From NCBI RefSeq assembly GCF_018350175.1, contig NC_058368.1:189970001-190034000 (forward strand): a stretch of DNA of 64,000 nt, given 5' to 3'. The stretch comes from Felis catus. Its lineage: Eukaryota. This document shows positions 27,454-39,330 of the stretch, piece by piece. The first letter of the stretch is position 1. Each line of letters opens with the position of its first letter. The notes beneath the pieces were generated by a model. It searched no databases, was not told the DNA's origin, and saw only the letters and a program-made list of their open reading frames with translations. Both the position numbers and the translations under genes were made by a program.

Positions 27454-29742
27454 TGTTACAAACAGAATTATGTCTCCCCACCCCCCAAACCCACATCACC
27501 CATTCATATGTTGGAGCCCTGACCTGCAATGTTACTATATTTGGAGACAGGGCCTATAAGGGGGTAATAAAGGTTAAAAGAAGTCATAAGGGTGGGGCCC
27601 TGATCTCCTAAGATTAGTGCCCTTATAAGAAGAGGAAGACCAGAGCTCTCTGCACACGCACAGAGAAGTAGCCATGTCAGGACACAGCAGAAGGGGGTTG
27701 TCTACAAGCAAGGAAAAGAGACCTCACCACCTTGCTGACACACTGATTGTGGACTTCCAGCTTCCAGAACTGTGAGAAAATAAATTTGTGTTGTTTAAGT
27801 CACCGCATTTGTGGTATTCTGCTATGGCAGCCCTAGCAGACTAATACAGATTCTGGTATCGAGAAGTGGGGGGTGGGGGAAGAAGTGTGGGGAGGGGGGT
27901 GGTTTGCCTAAAAAATGTGGAAATTGTTTCTGGAACTGGGTAATAGGGAGAGACTGGATAAGCTGTGGGGTGCATGCTAGAAAAAAAAAATCCTAGGTTG
28001 CCTTGAAGGGACGGTTGGTAGAAATTGAATGTTAAAGGCAATTCTGGTGAGGGCTGAGGAAGGAACGAGAAGAGCTATTAAAGAAAGCATCTCTTATTTT
28101 AGAGAAGACACATATCATCATGGACAGAATGTTGGTAGAACTGCGAACATTAAAGGTGATTCTGGTGAGGCTTCAGATGGAAATGCAAAACATGGGAATG
28201 GAAACTGGAGAAAGATGATCCTTGTCAGGAAGCAGCAAAGAACTTGGCTAAATCGTGTTCTAGTGTTTCATGGAAAGTAGAAATTGCAAGTGATGAACTT
28301 GGAAATTTAGCTAAAGAGATTCCTAAGCAAAGTGTTGAAGGTGTGGCCTGGTTTCTCCTTGCTGTTCATAGTAAAACATGAGGCAAATGAGAGAGGCAAA
28401 TGGAAGGGATTGGTAAGCAAAAACAAACCAGAGTGTGAAGATTTGCAAAATTCTCAGCCCATCCATGTTGCACAAAACAGGAGTGCATGTTCTAGGGTGT
28501 GTCTGGCAAATCACTCTATAAGGAGGTCACCCATGCAGTGTATCAGCCATCTCAGCAGAAACCAAGAATAGAGATGGGATTTATACCAGCACAGACATTG
28601 TCAGTTTAGACCAAAGGGAACAGAGATGGGATAAGATAAAGGAAGGCTATTGGATTTCTGGGATTCTACAGGACAGGATAATAAAGCTGTTTGGCTGTGA
28701 ATATGCTTTATCCTTTAAGAAAAGAGGATTGACCCTGAAGGTGATTCACAGATCATCAGGGCTGCCATTCCCACTATATGCCTAAAGCATACAGCCCAGA
28801 GAGCAAGACTATTTATTTCTGGGTTTCAGAGGGTAGGCCTCCTCTTGGTTTCAGGGCTCTGGGCTGTCCCTGCTTAGTGCCTCAGGGGCAGGGCTACAGC
28901 AAAAAGCCACAGGGTGGGGCTCTGCCCCCAGCAGAGGAGGCAAGGCTACTGCCTAGTGAGGATGACACTACTGACCAAGTGGGTCCAGAAGGCAGAGCAT
29001 TCCTCGAGAGGATTATTCTAGAGCTTTAAGACTTAGTGGAATTTTCCTTGCTAGGTTTTGAATTTGCCTGGGACCTATCATCCCTTCCTTCCTGTTGATT
29101 TCCCCCTTTTGGAATGGGAATATCTATCCTATACCTGTATTTTGGAAGCATGGAACTTGTCTGGTATCTAGGTAGAGAAGAATTTTGCCTCAGGATAGGT
29201 CATACTTGGAGCCTCACCCATATCTGATTTAGGTGATACTTCGATAAGACTTTGAACTTGGAAATGATGCTTGAATGGGTTAAGACTTTGGGGATTGTTG
29301 GGATGGTATGAATGTATTTTGTGTACAATAAGCACATGGATTTTGGAGGGGTCAAAGGAAAGAATATTAAGGACTGAACTGTGTCTCTGTCAAATTCATA
29401 TGCTGAAGCCCAACTATCAGAGTGACTGTCTTTGGAGACAGGGCCTATAAAGAGGTAATAAAGATTAAGTGAGATCATAAGGATGGGGCTCTGACCTGAT
29501 GGGATTAGTGTCCTTATAAGAAGGAGAAGAGAGAAGAGCTTGGTCTCTTCACACAAGGAGAGAAGACACCATGTGAGAACTCAGTGAGAAGGTGGCCTTC
29601 TACAGGCTGGGAAAAAAGATCTTATGGAAAACAACCAAGCCAGCATCTTTATCTTGAACTTCTAGCCCCCAGAACTGTGAAAAAAGTGTCAATCCACCCA
29701 GTCCAAGGTATTTTGTTACGGCAGCTCAAGCAGATGATTATA
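27454..29742 (+). mobile_element. Full-length MaLR element (MLT1A-like LTR-internal-LTR)
   Basis: 5' LTR 27454-27848 (TG...ACA); internal 27849-29364 starting GATTCTGGTATC and ending in a purine tract; homologous 3' LTR 29365-29742; 5-bp TSD gcccc/gcctc. Confidence 0.88.
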
Positions 29743-29764
29743 GCCTCTAAATACATCAATGGCT

Positions 29765-29977
29765 GGGGTGCCTGGGTGGCTCAGTCAGTTAAGCATCTGA
29801 CTCTTGATTTGGGCTCGGGTCCTGATCTCGCCTTTCAGTTCATGGGATCAAGTCTGGAGTGGGGCTCCACACTGACAGTGTAAAGCCTGCTTGGGATTCT
29901 CTCTCTCTCCCTCTCTCTCTCTGCCCCTACCCTGCTCTCATTCTCTCTCACTCAATAATTAAATAAATAAACTTAAA
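29765..29977 (+). mobile_element. CAN-SINE
   Basis: Perfect TSD aaatacatcaatggc (29749-29763, 29978-29992). Confidence 0.93.
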
Positions 29978-31059
29978 AAATACATCAATGGCAAGACCAT
30001 ATACTTTATTTATCCCATGGGTACCTAATGGTTTTGATAGACCTACCTACTCATCACCTTCCCAATACAGAGTATTTTGTTGAGTTGTACAAACCTGGGT
30101 CTGAAGAAAGAGGTGCTGTCAAGGAACAGATGACAAGAGGTCTGAGGCTTGGTTTCTAGAACCAGGCTTTGCCAAACCTTGCCAAGGGATCTTGGGCAAG
30201 CCACTTCCCTCTGGTTATCAGTTACCCATCTATAAAATAAGGTATGATGCATCAGACTCTGGAGTTATACACATGTGGGCTTGAATCCAGACTCTGACAT
30301 TAGCTGTGTGACCTTGCACATATTACTTGGCCCCTCAGATTTAGTTTTCCCATCTCTAAAACAGGATAAGCGTTAGCCCAGGGTATTACTGGGCTAACTG
30401 AAAGATGATGTGCAGAGTCCCTGGCACATTTTAAAGGACAATACAAGTAGTTCTCTTCCTAGATTAGTTAATTAATTAATTAAGTTAATGCATGTAAAGT
30501 GGTGAGGACAGTGTCTGGCACTTGGTAAGGGCTGTATCCAGTTTAGTTACTTTTTTTTTTTCTTCTTACTTGAACAGAGAGTAGGTCCTCAGTAAGTGAG
30601 GTCCTTATTATTATTTTGGAGGCTCATCTCCCTTCATTTCTGTCCAAAGGCCTAACTCCTAACTATAGCTAATTTCGGTTTTTCCCCAAATACAGCCCGT
30701 GGGCTTTCCCGCCCTAGTACATTTGTCTATTCCGTTTTCTCTGCGTGGTGCTCCATTTCTCCTCCTCCGGAGCTCAGATGTCTTCTCTTCTGGGAATCCT
30801 CTCTCCGACACCCCCCTCCTCCCAGTCAGAGGAATGGCTCCTAGATTTGTGTCCTGCTAAGAAAACAACTCCATATAGCACTTAGTTCTTTTGTGCTCGG
30901 TGATTCGGTTAACTCTTTCAGAGCCTGCCTCCAAGAGTGGCGGCCTCTAAGGGCACGGTGCTGGGTGAGTAGCCTCTGGGTGTCACCCAAGACGTCTTAG
31001 CACAGTGTGGGACAGAGGAAACGGACCCTTGTGCAGACAGGGGTCCAGTTTTAACTCCT

Positions 31060-31650
31060 AGAAGCCCGAGCCCCCCGACCCTCCCTAGGCCTTGCCCACC
31101 GTGAAGCCTGCCCCTCCTCGGGCTCCGACCCTCCCTCCCCCGGTCCCCATTACCTGAGCCGACCGGGCTGCCCAGGGGTCCCCCAGGCTCCTCCTCCGCG
31201 GTCCCTCCGCCCCCTCCTGGCGGGCGCGTCCCCTCCTCCACCCCGCGGCGGAGCCCTGCGGAGCTGAGGGCGGAGCGTCGTCGCCGATGGCTGGGAGCCG
31301 GGCTGGGAGGCGCTGGGAGAGCAGTGGGTTCCAGACGCGCCGCCGCCTGGCCGGGGGGCTGGCATGGCCGCGTGCTTGTGAGCGCCGAGCGCGCGAGGGG
31401 CCGCTGCCACCATGCCCGGGGGCGTGGGCGCCGTCCGGCTCTGCCTGCTGGCGCTCGCCCTGCCGGCGTGGACCAGAAGTAAGTGGCGGGGTGCGGGGGC
31501 GCTGGGTGAGGATGGAGATGGGTGGGCTGGGTGGCCGGAGGACGTGGGAGTCGCCCACTGCAACTCCGCGGGGCTGTTCCCCCGCTGTCCCTCAGCCTGG
31601 GAGCCCGGGCTTTGTTCCCACGTTGTGCACCCCGGGAGGTGGTGGGGGTC
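31060..31650 (+). promoter_or_regulatory. ADAM19: CpG island / ADAM19 promoter and 5' UTR
   Basis: Abrupt GC- and CpG-rich block in CpG-depleted DNA, spanning the start codon; GC boxes (CTCCGCCCC, GGGCGGAG); no obvious TATA box. The TSS cannot be fixed from sequence. Confidence 0.9.
31412..31478 (+). CDS. ADAM19: ADAM19 coding exon 1 (signal peptide MPGGVGAVRLCLLALALPAWTR, ends phase 1)
   Basis: Kozak-context GCCACCATG inside a CpG island; hydrophobic leader resembling the recalled human ADAM19 N-terminus (MPGGAGAARLCLLAFAL...WT); donor AA|GTAAGT at 31479; 67 coding nt. Confidence 0.95.
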
Positions 31651-33585
31651 CGGGAGACCCAGAGCAGGCAGAAAACAGCCGGTCCTCTCCCTGGCTTGCC
31701 TCCCTCTCCCTCTTTCTCTTTTCCCACTGTTTTTCTGCTTTTGGCTTCTTTCCGCTGCTTTCCTAGTCTCTCCTCCTTTCTCCAGTCTTTGTGTGTGTGT
31801 TCCTATAAATATATATCGATAAAATCGGAACCGTACCATATGCACAGTTTCGTGTCTTGCATTCTTCACTTCACAGTGTGAGCGTTTGCCACATCGTTAC
31901 ATTCTGCAAAAACATGACTTTAATGACTATAGATTATATCAAGAAATCGCAGAAGTGTAATCTTCAAAAAGTTAAAAACATGACTCCTACAAATATAGGA
32001 TGAATGGGTGGCAAAGATTCCTTCAATTCATTAACGAGGCGGCGAGTAGGATGGTGTAGCTGGTTGAAAGCATTAGAGGAACAGGGGTGGTGCAGGTATC
32101 CAGGAATTCATGAAATCATGTGCTGGGACAGATGTAAAAGTGGTCAATGCCCCATCCAGGGAAACAACCATAATCCTTAGTTATCTTTCTCCCATACTAA
32201 AGTCATTTGCCTCTCTACCAGACAAAAATTTACAGTTAACATGGTAAGTTCACAGAGTATGGTTTTTTAATTCATTGTAAATTAAAAAAAAAAGTCAAAC
32301 AAATGTGCATTCCCCTAGAAAAATTTGGTGATGTATGAGAGGGCCTGTTAAATAGTGCTCCAGTGTGACATTGAAAGGACATCCTGCTTGCTTTTTGCCT
32401 CATTTGCAAGTTTTGAACAATTTTTCTTAAGATATACTGTGTTCCTCTATTATTTAGACTTGCTTTCAGCATTTTTTTTTTTTGCAATCATAAAGATAAT
32501 TTCATTCCTTTAAATATTCCATTAAATATCGTATAATTCCTTTTTGTTGCAAAGAATCCAGACTTATGAGAGCCACTGGAGCAGGGACTATGCCTCTGGT
32601 TTCCCCATGAATATCAAGCACCTAGCATAGTACTTGGTAAATAGTTAAGCATTCAGAAAACATGAGTAAATGAATGCATTGCTTCTGATTTTTACCAGTA
32701 TGACGATTCTAATGCTAGTCTAATGAGATTATTTTTTCAGATATATTTTGATTGAGAATACACTATATCAATAATCTGAAAGGAACATCAATCACTCATA
32801 ATTTTGCCACTCTAACAGAACAGCTGTGGCTATCTTTCATATCGCTCATTGTATTCTATGTGATTGATGTGGTTGGTTTAGAAAGAATAGATTTTTGGAG
32901 TCTTCCAAAATCTAGGTCCCCCACCCCAGGAGTCCTATGGATTTAACCTATTCTTGTGGAGACTAATTTGTTTAGGTTTTGGGAAACTACCAGTTTATCG
33001 AGGTTATCTGCAAAAGTGAGGTCTGCAGTGCCTAGAACAAATGTCTCCTCAAACAAGTTTCAATTCACCTTTTTTTTGCAAAATGGGAATCCTGCTGCTT
33101 ATCTTGTCTTGAGGATGAAGGAGAACCAAGTGGTGATAGTGATTTGGAAAGTAGGAAGTGATCTGCAAATGCAAACTTGCCATTAGGAAGCTCAAGGTAA
33201 TGCCACTATGCTTTGTGGTTCTGGGAGCAATTTCACGGTGACTGTCCCCAGTAACGCTGTGACATAGGCAGGCGGGTATCATGGTCTTCATTTTACAGAT
33301 GAGCAAGCTGAAGCTCAGTGGGAATCACCCGTGGGCCTGAATCTGACCCATGATTCTGAACATACCCAGAATCCGACCACTTCATTCTTCTCCACTGAGG
33401 TCATTTTAGTCTGAGCCACCATCATCACTCACCAGGTCTCCAGCCTGGCCATCTTGCTTCTACTCTCACTCCCACACCCTCCCCCACCATACCCCCCATC
33501 TCCACCCAGCTGGCAAAATGATCTTTTAAAAACTGAATACAGATCATATTGCTCTGTGTCTAAACACTCCAGTGCCTACTGATCT

Positions 33586-33811
33586 GTTTATTTTGAGAGA
33601 GAGACGGACAGAGAGAGAGAGAGAGCGCGCGCATGACTGCACGTGTGAGTTGGGGAGGGGCAGAGAGAGAAGGAGAAAGAGAGAAATCCCAAGCAGGCTC
33701 TGCACTGTCAGTGCAGAGCCCCATTAGGGACTCCATCTTGTGAACCATGAGATCATGATCTGAGCTGAAATCAAGAGTTGGATGCTTAACCCAGGGCCAC
33801 CCAGGTGCCCC
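33586..33811 (-). mobile_element. CAN-SINE in ADAM19 intron 1, within an L2-like fragment
   Basis: Antisense core CCCAAGCAGGCTCTGCACTGTCAG...CCACCCAGGTGCCCC. Confidence 0.9.
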
Positions 33812-34477
33812 TCCAAGTCTATTTATAATAAAATCCAGACACTTTCCATGGCTTCTGTGATACAGACCTGTGGCTCTCCTGCTGACCACATCTCCTACCA
33901 ACTTTGCTACTCATTGACTAAATTCTACCTAGTAAATCTCCTACCAATCAACCACATCTCCTACCAACTTCCCCACTCATTTACTAGATTCTACCTCTAC
34001 CTTCTGCTTGCTCCTTAAATGGGGCAAGTCCACTTCTGCTCACGCATGACCATTGATTGCTCTTGCTAGCCCCTCTCCCTGGGGCACTCTTCCCCCAGAT
34101 CTTTGCATGGCTGCCTTCTGGTCTCTCAGATCTTAAATGCCATCTTTGCTGATCAACCTGTCTAAAATAGGCACTTCCTCTTCAGTGTCTCTTTATTCTA
34201 TGACCCTGTTGGACCATTTGAGAATATTTGTGGATTGTGCATCTCTCACCTCTAGAAAGTAAACTGTGGGGAGTACAGAGACCTTGGTAAGCCCTGTGTA
34301 CCACTATATGGCCAACAACTAGCAGAGTGCTTCACTCATAGGAAGTGCCAAGAGCCTGGCATCCAGCAGGTCTCCTAATGACCCAATAAGGTGTTCTTTC
34401 CAGTTGGCAATGCATGCCTAGCTTAGCTAGGTTGCAAACTCCTGGGATACCAATGGTTGTGCATCCTGTATTGGCAG

Positions 34478-34563
34478 GAGAAAACGGGGAAGGCAGCCCC
34501 CAGCTGCAGCATGAACTAATAATACCTCAGTGGAAGGTTGCAGAAAACCCCACGAAAGAAAAG
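34478..34563 (+). CDS. ADAM19: ADAM19 exon 2 ((R)ENGEGSPQLQHELIIPQWKVAENPTKEK)
   Basis: Acceptor ttggcAG|, donor AAG|GTAAGA; 86 nt; phase 1 in, phase 0 out; LQHELIIPQWK matches ADAM19. Confidence 0.96.
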
Positions 34564-37026
34564 GTAAGACCCCAAAATATCTTATTTTCAAAGGCAGGAG
34601 CTGACAGCTCCATTCTGTGAAGTGGCGGGCCACCTTCTTAATGTTCCTGGAAGCCCAGTCATCATTATAAGTTCTGTTTCTGACCCACTCTACATCCTCT
34701 CTGTGTATTGGTTTTGAAAATCCCAGATGGGACTTTCCTTCATTGTGTGAAAAACTTGTAGAACACTTTCAAATGCTATTAGTTGAGGAAATGAAAATTA
34801 TTGATGCTGACACAAGCTAAGTGCAAATAGTCACAAAAATCACCATCTCTCAAATGGAATTGATTAAATATTGTCATTGCTATATTTTGTCTATATATAC
34901 ATGCTTTATTTTATTGATGACATAATTTACTTGAAGAGAAAAATAATAATTCAAGCTATTTTTAAGAGTCAGGGAGGGATCTAGTACTGGGAAATACATC
35001 TTAAAATGCAGTAGGGCTCCTTGGGCCATAACACCAGAAAAATGCACAGGCTTTCTCAAGGGGATTGGGAGCAAGACAGAAAATATTATCCTGTTATGCA
35101 GAGAGGACCTGTACATCTAGGATATTCTTTGTGGTTCTGGTCTTTATAGTTCAAGTGAGTCATGAAAGGGCTAGAAAGTAAGACATGATTGCTGCGTGCC
35201 AGTAACCAGCTATGGGACTTTCTACTTTCTGAACTTCAGTTTCCTCATTTATAAAATAGGGCTTAGAGGGGATAGGAAGAAAGAGGACTGTGGAGAAGGG
35301 AGAGTTAATAAGGTCCTTTGGGCTCATGATTTATTGGGCAGCATATAAAAGCAGGAAAGACTTCAGACTTTGTGGCTTTTGAGTCTGGAAAGGTAAATGG
35401 GGGCTGGGGGTGGAGAAATGCTTGGAATCCTTGAAGTTATGGCTAGAGTAATACAGACATGTCCAAAAATGCTTCAGTTTGAATTTATTAAGGGAACTTC
35501 CTGCAAAAATTTTAGGAGAAATGAAAGTAAGTAACATTTTATCCTAAAGACAATAAATGCATGGAATTCATTTCATCAAAAAGTAGGAAAGGCTAAAAAT
35601 AGCTTCAGGGAAAGTCTAGACAGATTGATGGATGGCTATCCTAGAGCAGGTTATTTTTAAAAAACAGGATCTTGGATAGTCCAATTTATCCATTATTGCT
35701 CAAGGAATGGATCCGATACTTTTTGTAGAGGTTCTGTGTTCCTTTTAGATGTGGGATGCGTAGCATCTTCAGGAAGGGCCTGGGAAACAAAGTGGAGCTC
35801 TAGATCCTGTCTTTATTCCTAGCCATTGTCTGCCCTGAATCTGGGTCAAAATATTTTGTAGGATTAGTCGGCACAGTGCCCTGTGCCATAAGTATCCATT
35901 GAATGAACAAATGAATGAATGTCAGAGAGAGAGAGAGTAGAAGGTAGGTTTCACTCAGGCCTCTTATTCTCATTTATGTAATTCATTCATCAAACATTCA
36001 TTGAACATTCACTGTATACTAAATATCGTACCAGATCGTATGGGGGCTGCACATACACAGGACAGATTTCTGATACCCTATGGAGCTGAAGATATATTTA
36101 CTTATTTATTTATTTGTTTGTTTATTTATTTATATTTATTTTATTTATTTAATCTACCTCTAAAGAGAAAGGAATTTTAACCCTTTCCTGCAGGAAGTAT
36201 AAATATCAGTGTCTGAGCATCTTCCACACCAGAGGGAAATATTTTTGGAGTGCCCACTTATAAATACTCATACTCATGTTGCAGCTTGTGTCTCTTTGGA
36301 GGAGACGTGACAGTGCTTAGATGTGTGTCAACTTGCCTTTTTTGTCTGGACTGTCACATGGCCGTCTACTCCTTGAATGAGGGAATTGCTACAGCTCTGT
36401 TGGTGTGTACTTTTCCTCAAATGCCCACTTGGGACTGTGTCCTGATGCTTAGTGTCATTGGGCAGGGTTCTTGCTCTGGAACATCCCAGAGTAAAGCGGC
36501 AAAGGATCAGCAACCAGAATGGGTGTTAACAGAGCTGCATCAGGGCATCAGAAACAGAGATGTGGATCCCGTAGTGAAGTTATTGTGCAAACATCCACCT
36601 AGCTTCCTCTCCCCATGATTTTGAAATGTCCCTTTTTAAGAGAAGTCAGTAGGATGAATTAGTGCAAAAATAGCAAAGGACAGGGTTGCCCAAGCTTCCT
36701 GTATCAGAACGTTCAGATCTCATCAGAGCCCTTGGTGGTGTGACTGTCCCAGGGATGCCCAGGACCCTAACGGCAGATGCAGTTTGGGGCAAATGAGAAG
36801 AGGAATGTACTTGGCAGAGGAAGGTCCCCAACCAGAGGTGGCAAAGCAGTTGGCCCACTTTCTCAGATGCTGAAACTAAGCTTTGAGATCAACCTTAAAA
36901 GGGACAGAAGCTCCACTCTATCAAGAGCTCCTGTGGATTGAAAAAAGACTTCAAGAGTTTCTCAGTTCCTTGGTCCCAACTTAGAGAGTGTGCATTTAAA
37001 GCACACCAAAGAATTGATCCTGTTTT

Positions 37027-37049
37027 TTTTTTTAAGTTTATTTAATTTT

Positions 37050-37083
<34 letters not shown>

Positions 37084-37252
37084 ATATGCATGAGTGGGGG
37101 AAGGGCAGAAAGAGAGAGAGAGGACAGGGAGAGAGAATCCCAAGCAGGTTCCATGTGGTCAATGTGAAGCTTGACTCAGGGCTTGATCTCACAACCGTGA
37201 GATCGTGAGTTGGACGCTTAACTGCTTAACTGACTGAGCTACTCAGGTGCCC
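37027..37252 (-). mobile_element. CAN-SINE in ADAM19 intron 2
   Basis: TSD ttgatcctgtttt/ttggtcctgtttt. Confidence 0.92.
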
Positions 37253-38114
37253 TTGGTCCTGTTTTCGATATGTTTAAATATGTAAATATCTCATTTCAAA
37301 TAAACAATTTTTTCCTTTGAAATAAGTTCAACCACCTTAAGTTGGTGGTTGAAGCATGGAAGCTTATTATTAAGGAAGCACCTTAAGTTGAATTGTTGAA
37401 GCATGGAAGCTTATTATGACTTGAATTTTTAATTTCTTTGAAATTTTCCATGATAATAAGGTAAAAACAGATTAAAAGCCCATCACGTAAAATATAAAAG
37501 CAATTCTAAAAACATGGAAAGATGCACAAAGAAAATAAAATTAACCCATGATCCTATTGCTGAGAAGTAACTGTGGTAACCTTTTGATATATTTCTCTCT
37601 ACAAAAGCATATTTAAATAAAATAAAATAAACAGTGTTGTTTTGAGCCTTTGTGTACTTAATAATTATCATGTGTACTTTCTTGATAGTTTAAAAATTAT
37701 TTAAAGTCGTTTTTAATGACTGTCTAGTGTTTTGCCATATGATTGATTATAATTTATTTAACCATTCTATTATTGGACATTCAAGTCATATTTCATTAAT
37801 CCTTATTGTAGGTAATGAGCATCCTTGTATATAAAACTTTACTTGTGCTTCCATTTGCTCTTTTAATATAGAATTTTACTGAGTCAGAGGGTCTAAACAT
37901 TCAAAAACTCTTGGTCCAACTTTCAAATTATTTCCCAGTGAGTTTGTATCAATTTAAATTCTCACTGGTAGGGTACGAGAGTGCCCATTTTTCATTATGC
38001 CCCACTGCCTTGTGATTTATGGGTCCTAAAAAATATTTGTCACTGTGATTTTTTAAAATGTATCTTTAAAAAATTTTATTTTTTGGCGGGAGCAGTTACC
38101 AGTGATGTTGAACA

Positions 38115-38118
<4 letters not shown>

Positions 38119-38158
<40 letters not shown>
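38119..38158 (+). repeat. (TG)20 microsatellite
   Basis: Read directly. Confidence 0.95.
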
Positions 38159-38160
<2 letters not shown>

Positions 38161-38910
38161 TATTGGCCATGATATCTCAAATAATTTATTCTGAGTGTGT
38201 TGCTAATTTGGCTATCTGTAAGTTCTTATGGGCTTAAAATGTACCTTATAAAACCTTAGTTAGAGGCTCTTCTAGTTGTCTCCTCTGAAATGGGTGGGTG
38301 AGTGGGGCATCCAAACCAAGAGCCAAAATAACATAAAATAAGAACTCACTATGAAGAGAGTTCTCCTGGTATTTTAGATAATAGCCAACATGTATCAGGG
38401 GCTTTCAGTGTGCCAGGCCCTGAGACAAAGTTTTTACATTTACTGTGTCACTTTATCCCTACAAGGTTCCCATAAGGATGACTATTATTATCTCTATTTT
38501 ATAAATGAGGAAACTGAGCTAGTGGGAGGTTCAGGAACACGCCCAGGTTGGCACAACTACAGTGTCAGAGCTCAGAGCTAGCACTTGAATCCAGATGTGA
38601 CTCTACACAGAATTTACCACTGAAGATTGTGTTGTTGGGTGTTTGCCTTTCCCAGACCTGTACGTGAGCACTTCCATCACATCTCAGCTTGAAGTTTCTT
38701 TCCTTTGTGTTTGAAGAGAGGTGGATGGGGGAGGGGAATTGGGTCCTGCGGGGACTGAAGTAATTTCATGTTTGGGCTGGAAGTGCAATTGACCCTTTCT
38801 CGTTCACTTCCTGTGGATCAATGTGAGAGCACTGTGCTGGATCCTGTGTCTGTTCCTGGGAGCCTTGTCCCTGCTTTTAGGAACTGACATTCTTTTGTTG
38901 TTGCTTCTAG

Positions 38911-38981
38911 CATCCACTCAAAGCTGAGCTCAGGGTAATGGCTGAGGGGCAAGAATTGATCGTGGACCTAAAGAAGAATGA
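38911..38981 (+). CDS. ADAM19: ADAM19 exon 3 (HPLKAELRVMAEGQELIVDLKKN(E), prodomain)
   Basis: Branch-like CTGAC (38884-38888), pyrimidine tract, tAG| acceptor; donor GA|GTAAGT; 71 nt, phase 2 out. Not in the ORF track; translated by hand. Confidence 0.97.
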
Positions 38982-39244
38982 GTAAGTGGACTCTTCCTTG
39001 TCTAAAATGAAACAATTCACTTCCCTGTCAATGCCGGATGCAGGTGCCATTGTTTTGGAAAGAAGCAGTTTGTTAAATGACCCAGGCTCTCAATCTGTGG
39101 TTCCTTTGTAGGGAATGTCTTGCAAAGACAGCATATCCACAGTCTCTTGATTTGCTGTGAAATTACTGGACCGTTTAACGTCTTCCTTGAATTTCCTCTG
39201 GTTGTATTTCCGGGGCTCTTAGAGTTCACTGCAGGCTCACAGGG

Positions 39245-39248
39245 GCGC

Positions 39249-39328
<80 letters not shown>
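39245..39328 (+). repeat. Compound microsatellite (GC)3(GT)18(GA)21
   Basis: Read directly. Confidence 0.95.

Positions 39329-39330
<2 letters not shown>

Noticed and set aside
1..31000. Exons of SOX30, the upstream neighbour as I recall from human, or any other gene
   Set aside because: No recognisable coding exon or HMG-box sequence; non-coding exons cannot be excluded by eye.
30918..31881. Long overlapping ORFs on both strands (269, 239, 157, 136, 119 aa)
   Set aside because: Expected from stop-codon scarcity in a CpG island; low-complexity products. The 136-aa ORF is exon 1 read through its splice donor.
33885..37417. Short direct repeats with spacers as a CRISPR-like array
   Set aside because: Only two copies each, in a mammalian intron, with no cas genes.
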